Below, piece after piece: positions 11,565 to 24,959 of a stretch of 64,000 bases of DNA; positions within the stretch are counted from its first letter, which is position 1, and each line of letters starts with the position of its first letter. A program made the translations under genes and the position numbers. A model generated the notes under the pieces. That model was not told where the DNA came from and ran no database searches. It worked only from the letters and a program-made list of their open reading frames with translations. The DNA is from Perkinsus chesapeaki ATCC PRA-425 (taxonomy: Eukaryota; Protista; Perkinsozoa), in assembly GCA_013115145.1 (NCBI GenBank), contig JAAPAO010000001.1, positions 248,001 to 312,000 on the forward strand. The letters run 5' to 3'.

Positions 11565-14198
11565 TTAAAAGAGACGATCCCCAAATCTGAACAGACGCAA
11601 AACGATACTGTACGGGCGTAAGTCCGCGTTAGGCAATCGTACCACAGACGCTAACCAGCGAGAGCTTTCTTCCGGTAGTTGATGTATCATCTCCTTGAAG
11701 AACGCTCTGAGAACCTCTGATGATGGTAAGGGATGGCTGCTTAAGTCGAAATAGCACACTTCCCCGCTATTTCCCCTAGAGCCTGAGGGACACAGAGGAT
11801 GACGTGGAAACGGGAGCTTGTTAGAAAAGGACCTGTATTCTGCACGGGCATGAGTTTGATAGTTACTCCTGAGGGAAGCGAGTAGGTATCGGTCACTGAC
11901 AAGGCGAGCGGATATCTGAAAGAGGGCGAAGGAACACGATATAGGCGGAGATGCATTCGAGAGAAGCTTACAAAGGAAACTGATTAAAAAACGTGACAAT
12001 TGCCCATAGGGCCAGCTGGGACAGGAGCACCTATGGTCAAAGGTTGAATTGGCGGCGAAGTCAAGTACGACTCACCGATAGCCAAAGAAGCATGAAGCAG
12101 ACATAGAATACGAAAACGGTCGGCAAGAGGAACACGAACAGAGCAAGGAAGACCGCGCCGAGAAGTAGCTGTTCCAAGTCGAATGGATGAGCATCAACTC
12201 GTTCCCGTAGGATATTGTACTTCTTCCCTGAAAAGACCGTCAACGAAAAATAACTTTTAAGGGTACCTCGGAAAAGCAGGAAGAGCGTGTAGAGGTTCGA
12301 GGTGTTAGTGCTCCATAGGCGAGTAACACCGACGTAGACGAAGAATATGTGGAAGAAGACCACGGATAAGAGGTCTATGATGAACGCTAACTGAAAAACG
12401 ATAATAAACAATAAGACGAGATTGAAACAAGTGGAGGATTACAAGTACACTGGCACCACACGCACCGAGACAAGCCAGAATCAGCGGCACAACAACTTCG
12501 AAGTTATAGGCGACCCCTCCGCCGCCGCCACCACCGCTGAGATTCGCTCGTGCTTCGTCTGCAGTACAAGCCTGATATGAAATGGATGCTATATTGAAAC
12601 GAGCTCCTTACAGTCTGACAGGCACTAGTGTCATCATAGGCAAAGCAATATTTGATTAGTAGATTCCAGTAGTTTATAACTGTAAGAGATATGGTACCTG
12701 AGCTCGATAGCCATGAAAGAATGAAACCGGTTGATGATGCGCCGTCTCACCGACGAACTTCGCTAGATTCTTGTTCATTTGGAAGCCCGCTGGGCTCCCC
12801 ATCAACCATTCAACTAGAGACTGCAGGAAGTGCTCGTTGAGGTAAAAGTAAGCACGTCTCAAAGGGAGTAAAAAGTACGAAGGGGTAGACCAAATGAAAG
12901 CCGCTAACGTCTGAGATGGACACCAGCATAGCAGTTGAAGTTCATCATTTTTCTTACCAGCCCAACGGCAATATCAAGTCCTACGATCGATGCAGTATGA
13001 AATAAGCGAAGCCGTTGAACTGAACCACCTGAAACCCAGTTGTTAATGGAGTAGGACAGGCAGCCACGAGGCGCTCACTGTCCTGGTCTCCGACAGGGCG
13101 TCGGTCGCGCCATCCCCGCCAGAGGGCTGGCATCTGTAACCCTTGCCGAAGTCTATACCTCATTTGTGTGTAAAAGAAGGAGTACTCATACCATCTAAAG
13201 GATGACATAGCCAAGGAAGGCCTAGCGTAACTCCCTACCGATAAGCCTTCTTAGCCTGCTTTTTCCGCTGCGCGCCGCCGCGATTTTCCGGAACAACAGC
13301 ATCGGTTCCCAAGATACCACAGCTGATCAGTGAGAAGGCAATACACCACAAACCGCATATTCGGTCGGGCAGGGATAGGGGGAGTGAGCCAGACATATCC
13401 CGACGCTCAGGATTCACCGAGCAACGGTTAATCCACTCGATAGCGTTGCTCAACTGAGTGACAGGGGGATCCTCAGGTATTGGTGATAAGGCCGCACCTG
13501 AAACCATCAGCAACGGCTGCAGACTGTGAGAGAGCTGCAGGCCAGCCTACGTGCTTTAGGTGTTTGTTTCGTCTTTCTAATTCTGCTTGCCAGACCACGG
13601 GAAGGTTTGGCAGTCTCCACCGAATCACCACCGCTAGTGGCCGCATCCTCAGTGGCGTTGTAAAGCAACTTATCCAAGTCTAATCGTCTGGTTGAGTAGG
13701 TGTATCCAAGGGCCGGTGGGGAATATATTAGTATATGGATGGAGCTACGGTTCTCACAGATAGAGCCACCTAAGTCAACAAGTACCTGGGCTACCGGCCA
13801 GGAACGAGCCTGCTACTACCTGGGAGGACCTGTGGTAAAGCAACACCTCTACAGATCCCTAGAACCAGCAATGGCTGACTCTGGTCACGTGACTTGGAAG
13901 ACGTCGTGTCCACTTCATCAGACCGCCAAGTACCCAACCAATCCATAGATTGGAAGGAATTCACTGGACAGGCACCCTCGGCTACCTAAGGCAATGAACA
14001 CTGTGATCTGATGTGGGCATAAAACTGCCTCCTATTTACATTATACACATAAATAGTGTCTGCATCGATCCTTTCCCCATAAAGTTCGCCAGGCAAAGCT
14101 ATTAGACTGGAACTAGGAAAGTAAATCTGCAGTGCTTCGGCGAGACCGCCCCTAGTATCCTGTGCCGTTTCTGGTGGCGCTGGGCTGGACGGGTCCAT
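11565..14198 (-). CDS. PIGQ: GPI-GlcNAc transferase subunit PIG-Q/Gpi1 (multi-exon)
   Basis: Exon translations EWLMGSPAGFQMNKNLAKFVGE and DLEQLLLGAVFLALFVFLLPTVFVFY match the Gpi1 domain. N-terminal LQIYFPSSSL and C-terminal PLPSSEV...RLFRFGDRLF resemble PIG-Q termini. Confidence 0.82.
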
Positions 14199-14958
14199 GC
14201 AAGACAAGGCAGCCTGGCTTACTAACAGCTGGGAAATAAAAAATAACAATACTTTAGGACATAGGAGCGTTCTGTTAGGATGCTCGCTAAGCGACAAGAG
14301 AGTTTGCTAGTCCATTGAGCTATAAATGGAATAACAACGTACAAAGCAGAGTGCGCCCCGACAAGGGGAGGGGCCATCCCGGCACAACTGTCGATTACAG
14401 ATCACCGATTCAAGAGCAGCTAGTAAAGCAAAAGCAGCCGCTCCTGGCACGGATCTCCTAATGCCAACATCAACGGCTTGCAAGGGCTCTAAGCTGCAAG
14501 CCCGCTACACAATCTCCAGTTTGATAACTGTGTAGGCAACAGTATCAATGCCCCCACAGATGACAATGCGGATCCAAGTCTTCACGGGAATTGTGATCAA
14601 GTGATGACTGATAGTCGCTATTCATCTCGTTCGACACACTCTCAGTGTCCTATAATGTACCCAACATTTACACATTCATCCATGAACTACAACATGCACA
14701 TGAGCTGGGTATAAAAATACGCCAGCGAGATGCACAGTATTCCGTCTATCCTACTGATATCAAACGGTATAACTGCTGGTTCTACCACGGATAGCTGGAC
14801 CGTTCTCAGTTGTACGATAGCTTGGTGGACTAAGGACCTCAAGGACCGCAAAGTGATTATCGCTTAGGGAGCATGAACTGTGCAAACGCAAGCCGCCGCG
14901 CTGTATGGCCAGAATCGCGGTTATCCGCCAAATACGGCATAGTAGCAATATCTTCCAA

Positions 14959-16046
14959 TTAAGACACAGTGCATTCTCTAACTGTTCTCATGACAAATGG
15001 AACAACAAACAGAGTCCCACCAAGGGCGAGTGTTCGTGCTAGAACGCCGGTCCACACACCGTGATGAGAGCTCCTTCTTATGTCTGCTAAGGCCGCCCTT
15101 ATAGTGATATCCTTAGCCTGCTGCCGAGCTGCTATGACACTCTGCGGATGAGACAGCGGACCAGCTACCAACGCGGCGAGGTATGCCGACAACACCTGCG
15201 GTTAAAATACGCGACATAGTTCTAGAATCGGCCCGATTCAATCGGGGCACACCTCGAGCCCTAGGTGAGGAGAGCCTCCGCTGAAGCGGTGCTGCAGGTT
15301 TGTTGTTAACCAATCACGGAGGAAAAATAAACAACCCGAGCACGGGACTTCGCGGCAGGCCATCATCAACGTTCCCCTCGGGCAGACCATTCTTCTTAAA
15401 GGGATCTGCTTGAGGGCCTTTACAGGAGATGTTCTCCACACGTGTGCCTTTGTAATGCAGTTCTCTACTGGTGATGCAACAAGTAGACCTCCAGCGGCAC
15501 CTAAGTGTTACGTGGGTTCAACGACTGTAAGGAGACGCACCACCAGCGCAGGCTGCCAATGGCCCCGCTCCAAGTGATGTAGTGAGACGCTCCTGAAGTA
15601 CCCAAGTTGGTGCTGTACTACACAGTAGGGTACCTCACAGGCACAGTAATCACATACGACGACAAGGTAGCCTACCTCCGCCGCAGTATAGACCAAACAG
15701 CGATGATGGACCCTTGGCCTCAGGGATGCCACTAAGACCGGCTCCCAGTCGCTTAGCAATTACCTGACCGCAAGCCTGAAACGTGAGTCAGATTCCCTCA
15801 GGCGCGCAGGCGGGCAAGTGATACTAGGAGAAAGCTGACGGGAGTTCTAGCTCATGCGTGGCATCATCCAACACTCAGTGCGACTAACGGAGGTTGTTTA
15901 TAATCTACCCAAGGCGGATAGTTAAGGACTATGTCCATACAGGCACCGCATGCCACTCCTACAGGTTCGCTGTGGCTCATGAAAGATGAGGACTCGCGGC
16001 CATAACGAACGGAAAACTGGGCATGTTTCGAGCAGCTCACTATCAC
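14959..16046 (-). CDS. Mitochondrial-carrier-like membrane protein (multi-exon, degenerate signatures)
   Basis: Segments VAGPLSHPQSVIAARQQ (Px[DE]xx[KR]-like), GVWTGVLARTLALGGTLFVVP, SLRPRVHHRCLVY and MMACREVP. The 5' end is uncertain. Confidence 0.5.
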
Positions 16047-16237
16047 GGCCCGGCGCCCTCGACTGATGTGGACGGGGATTGTACGTCACGGTAGCTTTGA
16101 GACGATCCTGTAGAGTTTTGCCATCCTACTAGCAACGCAATAACATCAATTAAGCATCAACGACACAGTTAACAAGCTGCCACTATCGGGGAACATGAAC
16201 ACATGAAAACAAAGAGGTAAACCGAAAGGAGGAGGAT

Positions 16238-19200
16238 GCTAGGCAACAAGATCGTCTCCGATATTTTGCTTCTTTTTGTCCTTCAAGCGCCGACAGTATC
16301 TGTTCAAGTTGACGTCCTAATGTATCTTGCTGTCATGTACCCACCTTTTCAGCTTCGCAGCAGTGCATGCATATTTAACAGGGTCATGCCAGGCGCTGGC
16401 TTCAAGTGCCAGCGCCGCTGGGCTTAAGCCGGAGACACTATGAACAACTCGGGGTACCTTACCAGAGGAACAGTCCTTCTCTGCTGTCGCAGCGGAGCAG
16501 CAGCTGCAGCTTACATCGGCATCCGCTACGGAAACATTGTCAACTACAAACTCGTTGTGACGTTGAGCTATCCGAACACTACTAGTGACGGGTGGTATCT
16601 GTACTGCGAACCTGTCCGGCTATCCAACAGAAAGGTGGATGCGTTACCGATCTATACATGGTAAGTTTAAGGAAGGCAAGACACGTCGATGAAAGGACCT
16701 GTCCAGTTTGGTAATGTGCCAAGAGCCAGGTAGCTCCTACAAAATAGAGGACCGGGGATCGAATCCCAGCCCAGTCATTATCAAATATTTTCAACGTCCA
16801 CACTAGCAATGCCGAGTTAGTGAATACCGCCAGCCACGACAGAAGCTCTAAAATGGTATACCTGCCAATGACCGTATACGAGCGAAGAGCGTCTGGCTTC
16901 GATACCATGCCCCGATGTTGGGGGCATCGCCGGGCGGAGGCCGACGGAACAGATAGAACATCTTGAAGCCATCAACTCTGGTCTCGAATATGGCGAGCCC
17001 GAAGCCGATAACCTGCACGAGATGCCACGTGTGAAGGGACAGCCACCGCCGACCACTGCTAGGGGGAAGGTGAGGGAGAATAGCGTCATGTAGCCGTAAA
17101 GGAGGACCAGCTCACTGTAGTCGTGGAATGTACCTACCGGGGGTAATGAAAAGTGATAGCAAGGAGACATACCGTCAACTTCCAGACTGCCGTATTCAGA
17201 CTTTTTCAACGATTCTTCGATAAAAAATGCAATGCGGGCTTTTCTATAATGTACAGTGGAAAGAAAAGGAGTAACCGATTTTGGCCCACCCTGCCGAGGC
17301 ATCTGCTAGCGCAGGCTCATCATCATCGTTACGATGACCTACGAACGGCGGTTGCCACCATCAGCTACCAACCCTTACCTAGGGAGCCTATCCTCCACAT
17401 TAGACGCTTTAACCATGAACTAAGGAAGGAGCAGATGAGCCAGAGGTAGGCGGCTGGGTAACAGGTACGTGATAGGGGGTAGTGTGAGCTCCACTATATT
17501 CATGACGAATGTGATGAGAAGTATAGTGCCCTGTTGAGAGGTGAGCTCATAAAAGCAGTTACCAGTAACATGGTCGCGAGGGACCTGGATAAAGCCGAGC
17601 AGGATATCCACCAAGGGAGGGTCTCACCAATACTGTTTGTCGCTTGCCTCCATCAACTTCGATGATCTCAACACATCCCTCCACCCATGCCTTTACAAAA
17701 GCTATATAGAAGTATCTGAAGTAACCTCTGAAGAATCTTTAAGGATTCTTTGGACCACCATACACATTAAACCTGTTTACGAACTCGAACAGGAATGTCT
17801 TGACTATCAGGGCATCATTGAACTGTCGAGCAGTGCCTACCAACCCACACTGGCCTCCCACAGTTAACAACGACTGTCTTACGATAGTTCTCCCACTCGT
17901 TGAACTTCAACGACAAAAACTTGCCTATCATGGAGAAGACGAAATTCTGAGAGCCTGAGAAGCCGCCGCAGAATATGCCACTGCGGCCATGAAAGGTAGG
18001 TGGGCTACTGGAGGCCGCCGCTGTGACCACGTTGGCTATCGTCGCCTGGTCAGGCCTGCGTTCGATCCAATCACTTCTGACCTTCCCTATATACACAGTC
18101 AGAGCTATTATCACAGCCGCTATCATGACCAACAGGCAAAAGGATACAACTTGCCGAAGGAAACGAATCTGCGGGGGGCTACTGAAATGAGCTATCAGCC
18201 AGACGGTGCCTCACCTTGGGATTAAAGTACAGGTCATAGTCGTTGAAATCCACGGGGCTCCGACGAAGGGTACCTGCCGAGGCCATATTGCCCAATAAAA
18301 CCCGGGCTCATGCTGCCTGTGAAGTTAGGCCTGGTAATCTCCCCTTGTTGCTTTCCTCCCATGCCCCATGACATAGTCAGGCGGCCTTCTAAACGCCGCC
18401 AGTAGCCCAACAGGGCAGTCGACCACCCCTATCAGATATTACAGACAAGCAACGATAGCAGCCTACTATTATGATAATAACGAAAGACAAGTCCACAGCT
18501 GCCCTCGCTGGGATCTTTGCCGGGTCTCCTGGGCGGCAGTAAATATACTGCACCACAGAGGTAGCCGTGCCGACCAACGCCAGCGGCCATAACCATGACC
18601 AGAGATGATCAAGAAAGGCAAAGTATAGAGCAATACGCTCACCAAAATAGTTGCGGATACTATTGGAGTCCGGGCTGCGGAAATCGGTGAAGAAGGCAAA
18701 GGCACTCTTGGCGAGTGACCCAGCGCCTTTTGAAAGGCCCCAGGTGGCTGCCAGGGCCGACTCCACTTCGCCTTTGGCATCCTTGAACAGCTTAGAACGT
18801 TCCTCCAATGGTAGCATCGCTGTTACTATTCCCAAGGAACTTAGGGCTCCGTAGTCAATTTGACGTGCAATAATATTATATAACAGCTTCAAGCGTGTGA
18901 CCGATCCCCACGGGCATGCCATACCGTCCTCATCGCTCATCCTCCATATTCTAGGATTCTGCCCTGCCTCAAACTTCCCAAAGGCAGGCAAGTCCTCCTC
19001 TAGCCCAATCGCCCTCCAGTAGTTTACAAGTAACGGCTCTCTCTTAGTAAATATCTGAATAATATGGGATGCCCAAATGGTTAGAGATGTTCAAGGAGAT
19101 ACACTTCTACGTCGAAAATCAAAGCTAACACAGTCCATAAGGCCCAGAAAAGTGAAAGCTTCATTGGGGAAGGGCCTATTCGATTACCTCGCGGAACTAC

Positions 19201-19400
19201 TTAACAGTATAGCTACAGTGATAGCTTACATATCGCTTGTACCCTAAGCTGCTCCTATAGGCATCATTAACCCTCTTCATGGCTTCCCTGGGATGCAGTG
19301 ATAGACCATCGCTTGCTCGATGGTCCAGATACCTACAGCCAGTCAGTGATGCCTGGTAACAATCAGGCTTGTCGGTAGTTTATAGCAACCTCACAGAATC
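16238..19400 (-). CDS. Anoctamin/TMEM16-family protein (multi-exon; further 5' exons probably extend towards ~22.4 kb)
   Basis: IRNYFGERIALYFAFL, KFNEWENYR, FHDYSELVLLYGYMTLFSLTFPLA and IGRYTILELLSWLAVFTNSALL are hallmark anoctamin segments in the correct order. Confidence 0.88.
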
Positions 19401-22400
19401 CCCTGAAATGTTTCAGTAAATATATCTTCCTTCCAAGTGATCACTAGAGGCATGCGCCAGTCTATTAAAGAAGGATGGAAGGGCTAATGCAGGTGAAGAG
19501 TTGCGCGGTGCGGCCAGCAGGAGGAAGTAATATGACAATTAATTCGCCATAACATATTTATAACTGATTTTAATATACCCTACTGCGATAGCACTTCCAT
19601 CATCCAGGGCATGCCCCTCCAAAGGCCGCACCGATGCGCCAATGTGCCCTGCTTACTCAATATAGCCTTTCCGTACAACATCACCTTGTGTCATGAGTAG
19701 CCAACTGGTTCCACAACAGCGACTCTCCGTGGCCTCTTTACCATGAAGTAGAGGCTCATCTTCCGAGTCAACTTGGGCTGAACAGCAGCTGCCTTTGTCT
19801 ACCGCACTCATAGTGAATCACGATCATCAATAATAGAGTTACACACCAATAAAAAGGGTGGCTCCGAGGCCTTGTATCCCCCTCACGGGTGGCATATTCA
19901 TAAAGAGTTGAACAGGTCGAGATGGGTAAAGGGAACTGTCAATCCTGCACGATCGACAACTTCACATAGATACTCCAATTTCCGTTCTTCGAGCTAGAAC
20001 ACACAGAGTCGAGGAAATCGGTGAGTTGGTATGCCACTTAAGAATGCAAGGCGAAGACAGTCGCAGCAACTTTGCATCACTACGAGAGACAGAGGTCCAA
20101 TCACGGAATTTTCCGAGAGCGAGGAATTTTCGATACGATCTTGCTATATCAACCCGGCGAGATAGCTCTTTCCCAAAACGCACATCCGCTACATACATAG
20201 TAACAGTGTGAGGCTCCCTCCCCAGGGAAATAGACATTATAGTTTCAGTATCAGTTCGAGCCTCTCTCCCCCATGGTCCGAGTTCCAGCGTAAAAGCGAT
20301 ACTGAAACTATAATGTATATTCCCCCAGTTCCCTCCCCACTCCCCCACCTCGACTACCTTCCAAATCGGAGTGATCTTCGGTGAGGAGCCTCCTACCAGC
20401 TCGCTCCAGTGTCATGTACATCGACACCTCAGACTCATAGCGATTCTGCAACTCTTTAGGCTCCGACAGAAATTTCTTCACAACCTACCAAACCACCACT
20501 AGTCAGTTGACAGAAAATCCAGTGTAGCAACGATACCATGTGAACCCTTAATCTATGTACTATTTCCTATTGAGGGTGGAGCTAAAGCGAGCTTATGGAG
20601 ACTAGTGTTGAGTGGGCATGAGAAACCCAGCAAACACAGTCATATAACTCTTCTGCGATATAGAGGATGGTATGTTTCATGGGCCATCCCCTACAACGAG
20701 CAAAGCATGTCTCTCGTCCACAGATATCGAATGATACCGCGGCCAATGGGGTCTGTTCCCCCAATTTGTTCACTATGTTTTATTAACCATGCCCCCCATG
20801 CCTACTCACTACTAGCCTACATGGCTTACATCTTCGATAGTACAGGTTATCATTAACTAAGCAACCAGGGTTCCATCTACGGCACGACTAAATGCTGGTC
20901 CACAGTTGGTACTTAGTCTCCTCTCATCCCTCTATGACAACCCCCATAACACTTACCCTAGCAATAGCCTTATAGACTTCCCTATCCGGCTCAGTCTGAT
21001 ATAATATATAATAACGACATAGTGGGTAATAGGTATAAGGGCAGCCTAACTCCCCAAACACTCTGACCGTTGTACATCCCATCATCCCTACATGGTTCAA
21101 AGCTCTCTGGATCGGTCCGGCGGCGGCTCAACTCGGTAGGATAACCACTACGGTCAGCTTCCCGCTGTAGATCCTGTAGGGTCGCACTTACCTGGCACGC
21201 AGTGATCTCATTCTACCGACTAGAATTGCCTCCAAGTCGGAAAAGCCAAGGCTCAAGAATCTCCTCTAGAGACCAAAGCTTACAAATTTTTTCGTCAATC
21301 TATAACAGTGAACCTCAATAACTGCGTAATTGTGATGATATAAAGTGCTGGTGATAAGGAAGCATCGAATGCTCCCCCCTCAAGAGCCATAAAATAGGTA
21401 TAGGCACCCACCCAGTTACTACCACTATCGTAACCGTCCTGCCGCCATCCACAGCTCCACTCAACTGCACAGGTAGACCGCAATGGAGGTATAGCTTAGC
21501 CAGCAATACCTAGCACGCTTGCATCTAGAACCTCACGATACAGCGTTAACTACCCGCCGGAAGAGCTCCAATACATCTGACCATTCCTTACCTCCATCCG
21601 AGGCTTTCCTTGAATCTGGTAGTGCTCGAAATGCACTAACCTGATGAAGAAGTCAAGACGAACCAATGCGGATAAACTGAGTCTACTAAACTACGGATCA
21701 AATTATTAATCCGATAAAATGAGTTGATTGGACAACTAGATCAGGGGATTCCCTAAACGGCAGCGAATACAAGCCTAGATATCGTCAAATCCGCTTGTTG
21801 CAGAATGGGTCTGATGCCATGGACCGAGGACAGTTGCGATAAGGAGGGAGCTAATTGCCAGCAACCCTACAAATGCTTGTTTCTCCTTCTCAAGCTGGAC
21901 CCGCTGCATGCTTCGGCCTGTCTCATAAACCTCCTCCCCTTTAAAGCATTTACCATACCTGAACCACGACCACTCTTACACTATGAACCCCCCCGACCAA
22001 AAGCCATCAAAGGTAAGATCTAGTAAGGAGCCATAGTACATTTTGAAACGCTTCTGTACGCCAGTAATGACTCACATGCTGACAGCTTCATCCTCAGTAA
22101 TGATTCTCTTCATCTGATTGCTCTTCCTCATTCCCTCATCCAACCCATTCGGCATGGTCAAGGCTACCATCTGGCAACGTGTATTAACAAGGCTACCAAA
22201 GATGGGAGTGGCTCACCCAATCGTAACGCTCAGTGTGGCATGGATCACTGTGACTGATAGAAGTAATGTGACCAACAAGTATCCTCCCACTTACTCTATT
22301 GCTTTGATTTCCCCCTTGAAAGCAGCAGTGAGCTCCTCTATATTCACCACTGGATGGTCATCAGCAAGCATCTTGGCACGTACCATGCCTCCTCCTAACA

Positions 22401-24186
22401 CGCAATAGGGACAGTTGGAGAGGCACTATAAATACCTGATGGAGCTTTAGAGTTTGATGAACTCATATGTGACGCAACATTTAAAGGGGCCTGAAAAAGT
22501 GATGAGTACTTGCCATTAACTAACTTCAAACACTATGCGCGGTGTGATGCGTTGAGAAACAGCGAGATTTATCAAGAGTCCAAGATAACTATCAGCGTAA
22601 TTCCAGAAGTTTTTCTATGAGACTGTTGTGTAGGTGGCATGGCAATAGCGCAAGCGAACGCGCGGGATTCCTGATGGGAGAGGCTCAATCATCAGTACTT
22701 TGCCTCTATGCCTATCGACCCTGTATCAAGCCTGTCCATGATGGGCTTGGCCAAAGCCACCCTACTACCACTAAAGCTTGCTTGTGCTGCTGGGGGTAGG
22801 AGGAGGCGATGATGATATCTATCAAGGTCATCTAAGGTACTTCTAGTGGTGCTCATGTTGCTGCTGCTCCCTTGGTCGGGGCTGCCCATATGATTGAACC
22901 CTCTAGTCTGGCGGTTAAGGCATCAGCAGCAGCCATCAGTAGTGCATCACTCCTCTCCCATCATCCTCTGTATTAGGTGGTAAGGCGGGCACCGCGGTAG
23001 CAGCCACCGCTCCACCGCCACCACAGGGGCAGTCTATTCTGGACAACGGCCACCAACATGATTTCTGGTGGCAAGTCACACACGAGGTTAATCGCCTTCC
23101 TGCTCGCTGGGCTGGAGATCTGGTTTAGGGCCAGGGACTGAGTGCCGATCAGTTGAAGCATCCAGAGGCAATGGGAATCACTTCTGAGGATGGTGAGTTG
23201 TGTCGGCTGTCCCCCTCTGTCTGTTATTATGGTTCTGACAGTACCTGTGAGCGCCGTTCCCAATCCCTACGCCATGACAACTAAACCCACTGGCAGCATG
23301 TGGGGTCCGTGGCATTACTCTCAAAATGGCGGACAAAGTCAGGACATGACGAACGTTATTGACCAAGCAAACCAAGTAGCCTTCAATAACTAATAATAGT
23401 ACCCCTCATATCAGCTGACATCGAGCTTAGCCAAGAGCCCGGCCTTGAAAGATTCCATCAAGATGTATCAGAACATGGCCGCCGAACTGAAGGCTCGCGT
23501 AAGATACTCTTCCGTCTTGAACAGACCTTGGTCTCTAGCACCCTGAGTTTGGCACCTTCATCACCAAGGAGAGCACCCTCGCATCACTCCAAGGTGAAGG
23601 GGAATCTATCGGACTTAGAGTACCATGCTGTTTCTCAGCGCCGCTGGCAATGCTCGCCCAGGGAGCCACATCCGACTTCATCGGCACCGTATCGGCTGGT
23701 AGCAGGCATATCTCTGTTATTTCCTTGTTGCAAGGTAATCATCTGCCGATATAAAATACAGAAATTGGAGCCATTTCGGGACAAGCAGGATTGGCCGAGT
23801 TGCGACCCGAGCTCAGAAAAAGCCACATTTTCATGATGTTGATTTGTTCATCATATCTGTTACTGTAGATGCGAGTGCGGCAGTTCACGGCTTTTGCTGT
23901 GAGTATGGTGGATCATGGATGGGTATGCCAGCAGTTGTGGCGGAGATAATGGCTTCATAACTTAATCATAAAATGATTTTACTTATTCTCATTGGTTCTC
24001 GAGACCATCGCGTTGAGTGTATTCGACATGTATCGCCTGGGGGAGTTGATCTGGCAAATCCGTTTCACTTCAACGCCACAGAACATGGGGAGCCGTGGCG
24101 ATTTGGTGCTCGATCATCACACCAAAGATTCCTGTGTCTTTCTCTGAGTGCCGAAGCTTTAGAGAGTTACAAGCTATTCGTTAATA

Positions 24187-24959
24187 ATGCCGATAGATCC
24201 CATCACTGGATCAGCGATAGCTGCCAAAGTCCTCTGCACTACCGCTGCTGCTCTCCCACTAAAGATGGCTGCTGTGTCATGTGAGTTCTCTACCAAAGCT
24301 CATGCTCACGTAGTGCTGGTCAACTTAGCTCATTCCGCTGCGGTGGCGGCAACAACTGCGATGCCTCCACCCGAAGTTACAACCTTCGCGCCGACAGGCC
24401 CTCCAGAGATCACCTCCACAATGCCATTGGTGCAAATTGATACAGCTAGTCGACCAATAGGTATATTAATACTCATTAGTATCTTCCGCATACATCGGTC
24501 ATAGTCACGGCGCCTATCACCATACCGCCGACACCAACGATGACTATCCCGTCGGACGTCCTTGCCAATATTGAGGGGCTCGTCAACGCCATAAGAGTGA
24601 GCTTGAGGCTACAGCGAGGAGGATGTCCGCTCAGCTACCTGAGCCGACCTCCTTCGCTCCATCGACTCCAGGCGGCACGTATCACGAATTCCCAGGGCCT
24701 GTCGACGTCCGCACCCTCCCCCATACAGGTCATTCCTCATGGTGTCTAAGCCGTTACCTTCTCAGTAGGTCATGTGGGCAGCGGCGGCGGTGGTGAAGTA
24801 AGGACACTATCAGATATTGGAATGCAGGATGTTGTTGATAGGGCAAATGACGTAAGGGGTAACGGTTCGTTGTGTAGAGGATATAAGCGGTATTTGCTTG
24901 ATATAAACTCTATAGTCTACTTCATGCCCAACTGCACCACTGGGCTCATTGTAGCCTAA
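24187..24959 (+). CDS. Hypothetical multi-exon protein, Ala/Thr/Pro-rich
   Basis: ATG ORF MPIDPITGSAIAAK... with plausible downstream exons (TIPSDVLANIEGLVNAIR; MQDVVDRANDV). No family recognised. Confidence 0.35.

Noticed and set aside
11565-14198. PIG-Q and GPI-type surface proteins in the same window as a functional cluster
   Set aside because: They are more than 40 kb apart with unrelated housekeeping genes between them. Co-location is unremarkable in a gene-dense eukaryote.
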